Below the pieces are notes generated by a model. It was not told the DNA's origin. It made no database searches and saw nothing but the letters and a program-made list of their open reading frames with translations. Shown piece after piece: positions 28,480 through 44,400 of a stretch of DNA of 64,000 bases. The translations under genes and the position numbers were made by a program. Within the stretch, counting starts at the first letter, position 1, and each line of letters opens with the position of its first letter. This DNA is from Lama glama. Lineage: Eukaryota. The stretch lies in NCBI GenBank assembly GCA_028534125.1, contig CM052816.1, forward strand, positions 5,582,001 through 5,646,000. The letters run 5' to 3'.

Positions 28480-29613
28480 TGAGGAAACTCCAATGTATAA
28501 GAAGTTTTCTGGTCAGGTTATGCAGACTGGGATTTAAACCCAGGTCTGTCTAAGTTCCAGATCCCTTTTTTCAACTATGTTGCTGATTTTGAACAAAAAT
28601 TTTAAAAATAATGGAATGTAGGTAGTCACAGGAGTAAAAGCAACCTACTACTTTCCAAATCAATCTCCTAATTAAATAATAAGAATTTTCATTGAAAAAA
28701 AGACCAAGAATGAGAGTGTGCAGTGAGTTACGACTGGAAAGGGCCCTTGATGTTCTATAGACCTGTTCTTCACCTACAGTTTCACTGCCCCTCTGCAACA
28801 TCCCATAAGGGAGGGTCTAGTTTTGTCTTAAACATCCTTAGGATGAGAAACTCATAACCCTCCAGCAGCCTTTTTTATGGAAAAGCAGCTATTCTCACTG
28901 CTTGGAATGCCCTTCCAGTCGTGGCTCTTTCTTTGCTGAATTAAGGTTTCCACTTCTTAGAGGGGCCTTTTTTCACCACACTATCCAAAATACTATCTTA
29001 CATCATTTTCTAATTTTTTACTTGCTTTATTTTCTTAGTTCATATCATCACCTAGTGCATATTATACATATGAATATGTATAATATTCATGTATGTTTAT
29101 GTATCCTTGTATCTATGCATACATAAATACCTGTATGTACCTTATACATGTGTGTATTTGTGTAAACATATACATTCACGTCTCTCTATGGTCTCTCCCT
29201 TAATTAGCAGAAAAGTTAGTATTAATGAAAACTGGGACTTTGCTTATTTACTTAATTATCCCCAGTGCTCAGAAGTGCCTGGTACATTGAGGACTTTCAA
29301 TAAGTATTTGCTGAATGAATGAATGAATATATATTTGATTTAACTATATTTCTAAATGGAACGTAGAATCTTTTAAGTACTACCTGTCTCCTTAAAATGT
29401 AACTTAGTTATTTCCTTTGATTTATCTTGGAAGTGTATTTTCTAGAAGGTTCTATAGAAAAATGTTTTTCTAAGGACTAAATGTCCTCTTTGTGTGTATA
29501 GGTCCCCAAATATGTTACGTAGCTGATTTAGGCATATTTACGTCCTTTAAAAGATGTCTTCTTTCACATTTAGTGCCAAGAATGATTTGTTTTCTTCTTG
29601 TTGTTAAATATAG

Positions 29614-31400
<1,787 letters not shown>

Positions 31401-31754
31401 GTTTTTGCAATTCATTTTTGTCCTCTCTTTTTTTATTCGGTCTTTAGAGTATTTTGTGCTGCTCTCTCCAGACCTGTACTGGGAATGTAGACCTTGATAA
31501 GATAAAAATCTCAAAGTTTGACTCTAGTTTTAAGGCGCAGCACCTTACTTACATTCTGACACCTCCCATGTTTTGCAGTTGCCAGCCAGTAGGAGAGTTG
31601 CAGTTAAAGCAAAAGTTTGTTTTGTTTTGTTTTAAGGAATTGTAAAAATTTACTGAAAGTATGTGAACAATGGAAGATTATTCAGAAATCAGTAATTATG
31701 AATTGGGATAAAATCAAAGGCATTTTAAATGAGCAAGTAAGAATCACTTTGTAG

Positions 31755-32248
31755 TAAACCAAGCTCATGTGCACAGAAAACACACACTGGTGGTTGCCAG
31801 AGGGCAAGGGGTGAGGGATGGGTGAAATGGGTGCAGGGGGTCAGAAGATGCAAACCTCCAGTTATCAAATAAATAGATGATGGGGATGTAATATACATCA
31901 TGGTAGCTATAGTTAACAAATCGTGCTGCTTGTAATAACCAATAATAGAGAAGAATTGAAAAAAATATATGTGTATAACCATATCACTTTGCTGTATACC
32001 TGAAACTAATGCAATATTAATCAACTGTACTTCAAAAAAATTACTGTATTATGTATTTGAAAATTGTTAAGAGAGTAGATCTTAAAAGTTCTCATCATAA
32101 GAAAAAAAATTATTTAACTATGTATAGTAATGGGTATTAACTAGACTTACTGTAATCACTTTGCAGTATATGCAGATAGTGAATCATTATGTTGTACACC
32201 TGCAATTAGTAGAGTGTTGTATGTAGTTATACCTCAATTAAAAAAAAT
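31755..32248 (+). mobile_element. L1MA-type 3' end with a younger L1 tail nested at ~31921-32040
   Basis: GGTGGTTGCCAGAGGG...GAGAGTAGATCTTAAAAGTTCTCA...CTCAATTAAAAAAA is interrupted by a second terminus ending TCAACTGTACTTCAAAAAAA. Confidence 0.75.
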
Positions 32249-32882
32249 CGCTTCATAGTAAGTATGTAAGTGTCTATGTGGCAGCAAAGTTCTTCTGGGC
32301 CTTAAATTTATTTTAGTTAAGAGTATGGTCCAAATTAATTTTTCTCACTTTGAGTTTATATTTTTCCTGTAAGGGATGATTCTGTGATACAGCTTCTCTT
32401 TTCCTATTATTTTCTTTAAAGGAGTTTCTGGTTTCCTCAAGTTAGTCCGTGTGTTTAATAAAGATACTTTAGAACGGTGCTAACACACGCGAGTATCGAA
32501 TCTGCATTATTTATTTCTGTGTTTTCCAAGCTGCGCCTCTGAAAAACCATTGAATATTTTGAGCACATGTTCCATATGTGCGTATTTTATTTTAAAAATT
32601 TTCAACAGTTTTTCTGGTCAAATGTACCATTTCTACTTCTTCCAAAATGAAGATACTTTTTAAAGTCAATAAAAAACTATGAAGGAGTATTTTCTCAATT
32701 TGGATAGCAGAGAAGGATATAAAGAAGAAAATTTAAAGCCCTTGCTGAATCCAGTCCAGACTTTTTCTGTGCTTATATTTATGTATAAGTGTGTGTGGGT
32801 GTGTGTTTCAACGTGGCATCGTGCTTTGCTTATTGTTTTTTTAATGTGATGTGCTCCCTTACCACTTTGTCCTTTGTCCTAG

Positions 32883-32936
32883 GTCAAAGAAAAGGCAGAT
32901 GTCCTTAATCCATTAATCACTGCAGTATTTCTAGAG
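32883..32936 (+). CDS. FAM114A2: FAM114A2 exon 13
   Basis: VKEKADVLNPLITAVFLE; 54 nt; donor GAG|GTTAGT. Confidence 0.95.
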
Positions 32937-34803
32937 GTTAGTAGTACTAATTGCTTTTTACATCTCTTAACTTCTAGGGCATTATGTATTAATTGACTTT
33001 TTTAAAGTTTTTATTTTTTGGCTTTCTGGTTTTTTTCACTCTACTAGTAGTTTAGCCATGTTGATGCACATATGACCAAAATGGTATATATTTGATTTGT
33101 AAGTCCCTGTTAATTAGTTACAAAGCATAAAGACGAAGCTGCCAGGTAAAGTGCAAAGGAAGAAGCAGTAGGCTGTCTTTGCTTAATACTACCTCTTCGT
33201 AGTTAATGGATAATTCTCAGTAAAGAAATATCTTCTGGAAACCAGCTGGTAAACATGAAGGGAAACAGGCAGGCACTGCTTCTTTAAGAACTAAGGTTTA
33301 TGCAGAGGAGATTAGTTTACAAAACAAAACAAAACATTTTGTCATTTCCTTGCCAAGAAATTCAACTTATTTTGTTGAAGAGGTACCTGTGTTTATGTAA
33401 TCCTTGTCATTCCATTAGATGTAAAGAGGTGGGTAGTTTAAGTCTATGGAGAATTGGAGAGAGGGGTGGTAGAGCGGGTAGGGGATGTGGTACAAGAGGA
33501 TCCCTTGAGGGATTATACTGCTTCCATGTGTAATGCTTTCTGGAGTCCATGTTTTAAGAACTCTATCTTGTAAATTAATTGTGCAAAAATTTTAGATGTT
33601 TGATGATCTGTTTAAAACGTATTTATGGGGGAAAATATATTTGATGATCAGGTTTTAAATATGATTTGAAAAATGTTTTTGTTACTGGACTGTTACGTTC
33701 TTTAGTTTAACATTCTTTTAAAATTACCACCAAGGAGATAATGCCTTTAATTCTCATTGTGTAGTTTTCCTTGAATAGTCAGGGAAATTATTCTAATCAC
33801 TTAAGCAATTAAAAAAAAGAAAGTTTGTGATTTAGTAACTGGCAGAGTGGTATAGGTAAAAGAAATTTGCAAACCAGGAGCCCAGTCCTGTCTGACAGCT
33901 TCCCTTATTTGCTGTTATAACCCTGGGCCAGGCATTTACCTTCTTGGCAATCTCATTATATTTATGTCCAAAATAAGAGATTTAACTAGATTATCTCTGA
34001 GTTCTCTTTTGGCTCAAAAATTCGGTGTCAGATGTCACATTAAAGTTTAAATAGGAGTACTTGCCATTGATAAATCAGCAAAGGATAAACTCACTTGACA
34101 TGGGTGCCCTTATGCTATTTTGAGCTGGTTTTTCTTGCTTATACATTTGAAACCCTCTTGTCCTTGATAGTATACATTTTTATTTTAATGTAACAAACTG
34201 TTATTCTTCAGGAAGGTCAGAATTTGTCAGATCTAAATGAAGTCTGGCAAACTGTAAGCATAATGATTACAAGCTTCTCAAAAATATGTCTGTTGTACTA
34301 GACAGAAACATATCAAAGTATAGATGTCTTTGAAAGCAGTATTCCTTGTTTATATTTGTGAGCACCTGTCTCATGTTCACTGATTTTGTTGAGTCCATGG
34401 AAGAAGAGTAGTCACAATGCACTGGAAATCCTGCTGATGTAGGGTTCATAGCCTTCTGAAGTCCTCTTTGAGTAATTACTAAAATGCTGTGACAGGATCT
34501 ACCCACTCAGTCAAGGAATAGGTAAGCTTTGAATGCTGGGTTTGAGCAGGTTGCCAAAGAATGGCTTTCATTTCTGATGGACAAGTTGGACAAAAAGGCT
34601 GACATTCTCTTGGTGATGTCATATTATCTTAAGAATTCAATCATTCTTTCCCCTATAACGTGACTGAAATGGTTAAGTCTGTGTTCTTATTTGCCAGGCT
34701 ACAGAGTCAAGTAGATTATAAAAAATTAATTTTTTTGTCATATAATATGTTTTCCTCTTTTAAGTGTCTGCAATATTTTTTCTTATTTTTTCAATCTCTA
34801 TAG

Positions 34804-34905
<102 letters not shown>

Positions 34906-37810
34906 GCTGCAGATCCAGAGGGCTTTGTCAGAGCATTGAACAACAGAGAAGATTCTACCTGAGACTTGTGATGGCTGGGAAATGCCACTTTCTTTTGGGT
35001 ACTCCTGCAGAAGTGAAGAAGAAAGGTTATTTTAGTATATTAAAATCCAGGCAGGAGAGCAGGTTTAAAGGAAGTTTGTTGCCTTCACTGCTTGGCTGAA
35101 GTATTCAGGTCCTCACATTGTTCTTCCCGGTTGTTATAATTAATAAATTATTTGAGAAGAAACTTTTATAGAAAGTTCAAAAATAATAACTCAAGGTAAA
35201 GGTTAACGGGACACTCAGGCAAAAATATTGGTCTTTTTTTGACAAATGCAAAGCACTAAAAATTTTGTCATGTTTGTCATATGATTTTGCAGTCCATGAA
35301 TATAATTGGTTGTTAAGCAAGAAGAAAAAGAACTCAATTTAGTATTCTAGAATTCATGTACTTCATCTATTAATGCCATTTTACTTCTCCTTTCTATGAT
35401 AAAATCTATGGCTTTAAGAAAACTGAGTATATATAAACTCTAAATGATTACCTTTTATTACATGAATTCTTAGAATTGGTTAGGTTTCATCTGCTCTTTA
35501 ATTCTCAGTTGATATTTGACGTTAAGGAGAAACTTACAGAATATAGTTATAGACACATGAATTAACTGTAGCAAAGTGCCCTTTGGCTTCAGGTGACTCT
35601 TCCACCCCAAGGTGACAAGCTTCAAGTTGTAGTTGACCCTCACTCTACTGGATTCAAAACCAGTAAGTGCAATTTAGGAAAACAGTTTCCTGTTTGCAGA
35701 TATTCTGAGTCTCTAGGATGTTTTTTCATGCATACTCGATATGCAGGATAAATTCTGTGATAGCCAGCTGCAAAGGAGTGTTGAAGCTCCTTCGGGTGAT
35801 AGGGTTTTTGTTGTTTGAGTATTGTTGAAGTGGACTGTAGCATCCCATAGGGACGATATTCATGTGTTAACGGGTTTCAACCTATCAGACGAGAGGTTTT
35901 TCCATATTCTTGTTTGTTTCTTTTAACGTATTCTTTAGCATGTTTATAAATATAACTTTTATCCTTCAGATCTTAAGCCTTCTTTTGCTTTCTTCAACAA
36001 TTTAAGGGACTTATAGGTTATAATCTTCCTAAAAGCTATTTTGGTATCCAGTGTTTTTAAAAAAAAGTTCTCCAACTTGGTGTTTTTAATGATTCAGGTA
36101 ACTTTTATGGGCTCTGCCCCTCATCTTCTAAAACCTTTAAATAAAATGTAATGATTGTGTCAGTTGATCCTTTCATTCACTTTTCCAAATATGAGTCCCA
36201 GTGTCTTCTGAGGCCAAAGAAATAGCAAAGCAAAGCTATAACATGGATTGACTTCAAGACAATTTCTATGTGATTACCTTACTTGCGGTAGGGTGTAGTC
36301 TATTAGCAAAGAGGAAAATAAGTAGATTTGGACTAAAATAGGTACCCCAACAGCACTAAAGTGTTATTCTGCTCTAATTTTTTTCTAATATAATCAGAAA
36401 GCCTTTGAATAGACAAATTTCACCCTTCTCAAAGTGATTAATTCCACTTTGTAATTCCAGAAAAAACGGCATTCTGGTTAATAAAGCTGGTGTCCCCATC
36501 CCGATTTGTGCTTCAAGCTCAGTTCTGTCTGAACTGGGACCCCTGGGCTCGGTATTTCTTGAGCAAGATTTGGAAACTAGTCACACTGCCTACTACATGT
36601 TCAGACTGTCACACAAAGATAACTTGCAATTTTTACTCTTTGATCTGGAAACATACCTGTTTTTCTTTCAAGAAGAGGCATATAAATATGGGGGACAGAA
36701 CAGTGACTCTTTTTATGCACCTGTCCGGGTTGCAGCCCTGAACTTGACCCGTTAGATTAGACCTTACAGAAGACCATTGTGAGTCACTGCCTCTTCTTTC
36801 TCGCTCATCCCTCTTGTCGGCTTCCCCCCACCCACCCACCCACATGTGTTTCAATGGATTTAGGAGACCACCAGTAAGTAAAGTGATGAAAGGACCAATT
36901 AATTCTCAGTAACAGTTGCCTACCTTTCACCTAGAATATAGTGGAAAAGAATGGAAGTTCCTTGATTCAGCAGAGATTGAGAAATAAGAGCATAATCATC
37001 ATTGATGGGTGAAATCGGTAGATTTAGGGGACTTTTGGAACCTGTTGGATTGTGGTGATGGTTTGTGGATGGTGCATACTTCCTTATTCTATTTGGGGTG
37101 GGGACATGATGTAGTTTCTTGATGATACCTACTCTTTTGATGCTACTTCCTTTAAATTTTCTGATATCTAAGATTTACTGCTGTGTCTTAGTATATGCTA
37201 CTCCCTACCGAGCCCCCATTCACTTAACACCTTGATAGGTGAAATACTCAGTTATTACTTGGGTAAGTGATTCTCTTCCTACTCTTGGGATCTTTAAAGG
37301 CTGTAATTAAAAGAGACTTTATTAATTTGACCTGAAAGAAATAGAAACTTCCATGAACTAGTTCTTATTCTTTTTTCCTTTATACAGTACCTTGCAAAAT
37401 ATGTTAAGAACAGGTTATATTTTCTTTACTTGCTTTTGGTAATTTTTTTTTTTAATGTAGACGCCTAGATGGACAGGTCTCTGAAATGTGAAAGTGTAAT
37501 TCACGTAGATGGCATTGCCGCAGATCTGAAATCAGGGGTGAGGCACAAATGTAAGCTTCCCAGGCCTACAGTCAGGAAACAAGACCTTGTGCGTTCCTCT
37601 GCTTCACTGAGGACCCTCTCTTTTATATTTGTTTTCATCTAAAGACCTATTTGAGGGAGAGATGTTTTATAAATAGTTGCTATGGATGCCATCAGTTGAG
37701 AAATAGATATTTTTCTGTACTTGTAGGTGTGTTCTGAATTTTAATGTTGAGAATATTCTTCCGGTTGGAAAAATTGAGAATAAAATTGTACTCACAGTGA
37801 GCCTTCCAGA
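34906..37810 (+). other. FAM114A2: FAM114A2 3' UTR with candidate polyadenylation signals
   Basis: AT-rich, repeat-poor stretch after the stop. AATAAA at 35142, 36140, 36480 and 37779. The true 3' end cannot be read from sequence. Confidence 0.6.
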
Positions 37811-40494
37811 AGCATAATATTTCACAAATGTCAAAGATTGAAATCTCGTGTTATTTATGTCTTAATATAACGTGATGCTCATTTTCATAAATTATTTAAA
37901 ATGAAGCATTTGAGAAATGAGAAAGTTCTAAAAATAGCAAACCTCTTAATTAACGTGTCCTCTAGGCCTCTGGCTAATACGTGAGAATTTTGAAAACTTA
38001 CCCATTAGTGTCACTTTGCACCTGCAACCTGCTCTTCCTCAAGCACCAGTCCCCTGGTTCCTCCCTGTTTTACTTGCAGCCCTTGTCATTCATTACATCC
38101 TTTTTTGTCATTGCATCATCTGGCCAAGTCCCAAAGTCCCTTCATGTCTAACTATCATTCCCCAGTCAACTCTTCAGGAGACTTATTTTATAAATAGTAA
38201 TATTCTCTGAACTTACATATCCTTTAAGCTAAAGGTAAAGGAAGGCTGCAGTGATTGATTATTTCACCTACACCAACCACATCAGTGTTGAAGTTTCTAG
38301 ACATTTATGTTTCTGACTGGGCTATTCTTGTAAGGAGCAGATACAGAGACTACAAATAGAATGAACTTACCGTCTGTATCTTGTGAGCCCCATGTTGGCC
38401 TCTTTTTGTACACACTGGCCATTGCTATGCTCTTATGCTAGTTCTAAAGAGGACGTCATTTTCCCAACTCCACTGTGCACACACTGGTATGCTTTGTTTT
38501 TTAAAGCATGTTTTTAAAGTTGAAGTATTTTGTCACAGAATTTCTCCCAGCTAGTCTCACTTGGTGCACTGACTCGGCAATGTCAGCCTAACCTGTTTAA
38601 GCTTGAATTGTCTTTGTAATAATTGTAGCTATTTATGTCAGAACTGAAGGGTTTCTCTAAGTGTTTAGTGCAACCTGATCTTCCATTACTTCTTCCATGA
38701 GAGTAATGAGAACTGCATGGTTAGCATGTATGTTGAAGCAGAAGTTTCAGAGTAAGAACTGAATATTCTTGGCATTTAAAGCATTCAGTAAATCAGTGGA
38801 CACTTAAGTACCTTTTTTTCTGTATTTGTCTTGCTTACTGTTGAGTTCCCAGCTTCTGGAATAGGGTGTGGCACATGGCAGGAAGTATTTGTTGTCTGAC
38901 TAAAGGAAAGAAGGAAGAAAAAGGAGGGAGGGAAAGAAAAAGGAAGAAAAGGTAAAAAGTAAAAGGGTGCCTAGTGCTTTGCTGCTAGTAGAGAATATGG
39001 AGCTGGAAGAGACTGAGCATATGAGGTGAAAACCCCTCGTTTCACAGCTGGGGACTTCGAGGCTTTGTAAGAGAAAGTGGCCCCCGAAGTCACATGACTG
39101 ACAGGAGGCTCAGTGGAAACCTGAACCTTGATCTTTGGATCCCAACCTAGCCTCTCTGCTCCACCAGAGCCTCCCTGGGGTTCTGTACACATTTACTGAG
39201 TCCCAGACTCTAGGTTCAGGACTGAGGGAACAAACTGCAGAGTGTGTGGCCTGTGTCCTGTAGGAGCTCATACTGGTGTCACGGTCTGAGCAATCTCTGC
39301 GTTGTTGCTGCAAAGCCCTTGGAGAAAGGAAGTGAGGTAGCTGCTCTGTTGTAATCAGTTGTGGCTGAGTTGGATGGATTCACCATATCTGGTTGTGTTT
39401 GTTGGGGCAGGTCAGCACTGCAAATATTTGCAGATGCATCCATCAAAACTCTCAAATTTCTCCTTTTGTTTTGGTGGTTTGTGTCTTAAGAGGCCAGTTT
39501 CTGCTGTATATAGGACTACAGCATGATCTGTTGTTCATCACCAATAGTTAGAAGAGGACACTGACATACGTGGAGCAGCTCGACTCCAGGTACCTGGGAA
39601 GACACTTTTCTTCGTAAATCCTCATAACTGCTCTGCCGGCCAGGGCACTGCCACCCCTGGTTCATAGGCCTGCAGGATGGTGTAGAAGTGAGGCACGAAG
39701 GCAGACTCAGAATTGAATCTCAGCTCGTTCATTTTCCAGCCCTGTGATCATGAGCAAGTGACTTAATCCCTTAAATTACAATTTTGTCATCTGTAAAATC
39801 AATCTCATAACAGCACTTGTATTATAAATTCATTGATAGCATTAAATATAATAATCTGTGTAAAGGGCTTAGAGTAGTGCCTGCCACAAAACAGTGGGAG
39901 CCAATGCTTAGTAAGTACTGCGTGCCAGGCGCTGTTCTGAGCACTTTGTATTAATTTAATCCTCCCCGTGAGATAGGAACTACTAGCATGCCTATTTACA
40001 GGGGGAAAAACTGAGGCAGAGGCACAGGGAGGTTAAATAACTTGCCTGAGATCACATACCTAACAAGTGGTAGAGTCAGCGTTCAAACCCTGGCAGCTTG
40101 GTACCAAAGATCCTGTTTTTAACTATTACATTACACTGCCATCACAAGCCGTTGATAAAGAAACCTTTAACAACTGTCAGCTACTTTATTATGAAACAGA
40201 TTCTGAATTAAGTGACTCACGTGAGACTTCACAACTATAAATGCAATGTGAGCCCGGGTTGTCCGGCTCCCAAACTCATGTTTGTTCTGTTTTATTTCTT
40301 TTAGGGGAAAGGCTTGAAGGCGCCTGTTTAATGGTAAATACTGTAGGGGAGCATCTGGGCAGATTATCCAAAGCCACTAGGAGTTGGCATAGAAAGGATG
40401 GTGTGGTGACAAGTCATGTTTGCAGCAGCAGGAACAAAGATCTCAGTGAAGTAAGAGCATATGTGTCAATTAGCGATCAAAAAGGAGAGAGGAG

Positions 40495-41400
40495 TACATG
40501 AATGTTCTTAGCAGCTTCAGTCGTTAACAGCCCCCAACTGGAAACTATGCAGATGTCCTTCGGTGGGTGAATGATTAAGTGGACCATGGTGCATCCACAC
40601 CATGGGTTACTACTCAGCAATGAAAAGGAACAAACTATTTTTTTAAAAATTCTTTTTTTTATTGAAGTGTAGTCGATTTACATTGTTAGTTTCATTTATA
40701 CATATACATACATATATGTATATTTTCAGATTCTTTTCCATTACAACTTATTACAAGAAATTGAATATAGTTCCCTGTGCTATACAGTAGGTCCTTGTTT
40801 TTAACCTATTTTATGTACAGTAATGTGTATCTATTAATCTTAAACTCCTAATCTGTCCCTCCCCCTGCTTCCTTCTGGTAACCACAGTTTGAAAAGGAAC
40901 ATGGTACATGTCAGAACTTGGATGAATTTCAAGGGAATTATGCTGAGTGAAAAAATCCAATCCCCTAAAACTGCATAAGGTATATAATTCCATTTACAGA
41001 ACATTGAAATGACAAAATTATAGAAATGGAAAACAGATTAATAGTTGCCAGTGGTGGGGAATGGGGATAGGAGAGAAGATAAATAGGTGTGGTTTTAAAA
41101 GGGCAGTGTCTCATCCTTGTGGTGATGGAGTGACTTGGCTGTGGTGGTGGCTCCAAGGCTCTCATGTGATAAAGTGTACAGGACTAAATGCACACATAGA
41201 CGCATTCACACGCACAAGTACAAGGAAACCTGAGGAATCTGAATGAGACTGGTAGATTGCATCAGTGTCAGTATTCTGATTGTGAAATTTTATTTTAGTG
41301 TTGTAAGATGTTGCCACTGGGGGGAAACTGGGTAAAGGGTACACAGGATCTTTGTTTCTTATAATTGCATGTGAGGCTACAATTATCTCAATACCTATTT
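40495..41400 (+). mobile_element. L1MC-type 3' fragment with a nested antisense L1 (40633-40889)
   Basis: The nested piece is bounded by a perfect 12-bp TSD TGAAAAGGAACA at 40621-40632 and 40890-40901. Confidence 0.8.
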
Positions 41401-44400
41401 CAATTTTTTTTTTTTAAAGGAAAGAGGAGGGCTTTGGGCCAAGGGAGCCAAAGAGTCAAGAAACGTTGCCCACTTCCTGGGTTTAACAAAGACCTAGGGG
41501 GCCCTCCTCCCAGGTGAACGTCCCTACCACAGGCACTTGGAAGCAGGAATAGTAGCAAGTGTAGCCCCGTCTGGCTCCTCTTAATAAGCAGGTACTTGTG
41601 TAGCAGGTTCCAGAGTGGGCTGAGAGGACTGCAGGAGGGGTCTGAGAAGGTTTCCTGGATGATTATAATCCATTGTTGTTCACTGAAATCCACCAATGTA
41701 GTGGAAAAGATGTTTATGGAATTCTGTTTCCAGCATCATTAAAGCCAAATTTTGCATCAAACAGGTGAAAGAATCATCATAAATTAAATAAAAGCCATTT
41801 ATATACAAAGGTTTTGACAGCAGGTACCCAAGAAAGCTGGGTTCTAATGCTGGCTTAGTTCCTAACTCACAAGATTTATACGGATACCCTTTCAATGTAT
41901 TGATTTTGATAATGATAATAGCTAATGTTAACTGAGTGGTTACTTTGTGCCAGGCCACTGTGCTGAAGGTTTTAGATACATCATCCCATTTATTTTCACA
42001 GTAGCCCAATGAAGCCATGGCCTGCAGAAATAAAGACGTTAGCCTGAGGTCATGTGGTGTGAGGCAGCGGAGCAGACTCGCCACCAGCTCTACCTGTGTT
42101 CACAGCCACCCACTCGCTGCCTCTTGGTTCTCAGCCGTGAAAAAAGGAGATTGGGCCAAGGGGTCTGGATTCCCCATGGCTCCAGTGGATGCTGAACCAA
42201 TTAGCTGATTCTGACCTGAGCGTGATGGGGGTCAGTAAAGAAATAATTTAAGAACTGCCAATCTTGCCCTACAGGGAAGAAGATAAGCCTGAGCAGGTTG
42301 AGGGACAGAGAGGGTAATGGAATGATTTTTCACCCTTCAAAGGAATGTGACTTACTTAGGACTTCCCGTTATATCCTGATTGGATGTGAAAAATAAGCCC
42401 TTTCTCTCCAGTAGACCTAGGTTCTCTAAAGAATCCTGATGGTTGAATGCATATGATACCTGTCTCTTTTGATTACCTAAAATACAGGCAATGGGAAGAT
42501 AAAATATCTGTATGCTGGCCCATTCAAGTTCACATTAAACCCTCCTGGAAAAGCAACTGGTGCTGTTAAGAAACTGTAGAAAGGAAACCAGGACAGGCTG
42601 CCTGCTGGCCAAGGTGAAGGAGTGATGCCAAGATCCACCAGGAGATAAGAGAGAATACACAACAGCACAAACACAGAAACCAAAAATGCTACGGAGATGT
42701 TTTCTTCTGCATCTTGAAGTTCTTTGGGGCTTAAGGGGACCACCTTTGGGTGGCTCTTGGTTCTCCTATATCTTCATGGTTGCCATAGCTTAAAAAGGGG
42801 GCCATTCAAGTGGAACTGGGGTGAGGGAGCACTGCCACCCAGAGTGAGCAGACGCATTGATTGTCAGTGGGCATTTAAAATCCACTTCAGCTTGCAGTCC
42901 CTACCCTGCTCAATTCCCCTGAGCAGGCAGAGCAGCAAGACGTTTAAGAGCAAAGGTGACTTCTGGAATCAGCCTTAGTTCACATTCCAGCTCCACCTCT
43001 TACTGGCTGTGTGACTTGGTAAGTTGTCCAGCCTCTCTGCACCTCTGTTCATGATCTGTAACATGGGGATGGCACCTGCCCCCCAGAGTTGGATGAGATG
43101 ATACGTAGGTGCTTGGCACAGTGTCTGGGCATTGTAATCGTTCCATAAATATGAACTCTGATGATTATGACTCTGGATGTCAGGATATTATTAAGTCCCC
43201 ACAGCTTCCTGGTATTCTGCAAGCCAGTTTAGTTCTGTCTTCGTCATGAGGCTCTGGGACCTCATGGGGGCGCAGAGTGGGGAAATGAGGCTTCTCACCT
43301 TAGTCCTTTATTTAGCTCTTCCTTTTGAGCCTCAGTTTCCTCACCCGTAAGATGGGAGTAGTTACATCTGCCTCTGTTCACCTCGTGACATCTTGTGCAT
43401 CTCTTAAGATAGTATATATGATAGCACTTTAAGGAGAACAGGCACTGTTAAGTCCTCGAATGGTTAAAGATATTCTTGAGGAAATGATTCCCATTCTGAG
43501 ACTGTTTCTTCTGCTGTGGAATGTAAGTAGTAATCCCTGCCTCCCAGAGCGAGGACTGAGGTGATAAGGCCCGTGGAGCACAGTCCCAGTGCAGAATCTG
43601 CTCCCAGTGCTGACCCCATGTGTGGTCATGCTTCCAAGTGTAGGGATCCAACATTACTGGTTTGCAAGCGTGAGAGAGGCAGCAGGTGAAGCAAACTCAT
43701 GACCAAGCCTCGTTCTGGCCGTCCCAACCAGTTTAAACTTTCTAGAGAGGCTTGTTTCCTTCATCCTGAAGATCCCCACCCCACCCCCATTCACTTTGTG
43801 AATAGGGAGATTTAATGAGAGGCTGAAAGGAAGGGGTCTGGGATCTCAAACAAAGCATTTGGAAGCCAAATGATATTCCTCTGAACCCTGGGCTTCTCTG
43901 AAGACTCCTCCTTGCTGCTTCCCTGCTAGAAGATGCCGTGGCTCCCATTTCCAGCCCCAGTGCCCATAATACATCAGCTCTTGCATAGATAAGTCACTGG
44001 GACAGCTTCTGGCCACTCTCTGTTGATGCAGGTAAAGTCAGATGGTGTCTAATGATAACTGTACCATATTCCATGTGTAAAGAGCTTCCACATAAGTATT
44101 TCAACACCCCTTTTAAGGTGGGGCACCTGAGGTCTGGAGGGGTCAAGAGGTGTGTCCAGTCACTCAGTTGTGGGTGGCTCTGCTGAAATGTGCCTCCTGT
44201 GGGTTTTTTCTGGGGCCCACTCAGCTTCCTCAGGGGAAGAATCTCATACAGCTGGAGGAAACGCTCCTCCTGTTGGATCAGGCCAGCTACTCTGCTGATG
44301 GAGAGTATTCCGAGGTGTGAGGCTTTCCTCATTGTCTCACAACCCTGCAGTGGGCTCCGCTTTCTCCATCCAGGTGAGAAGCTGACCCCGATGTGAATTG

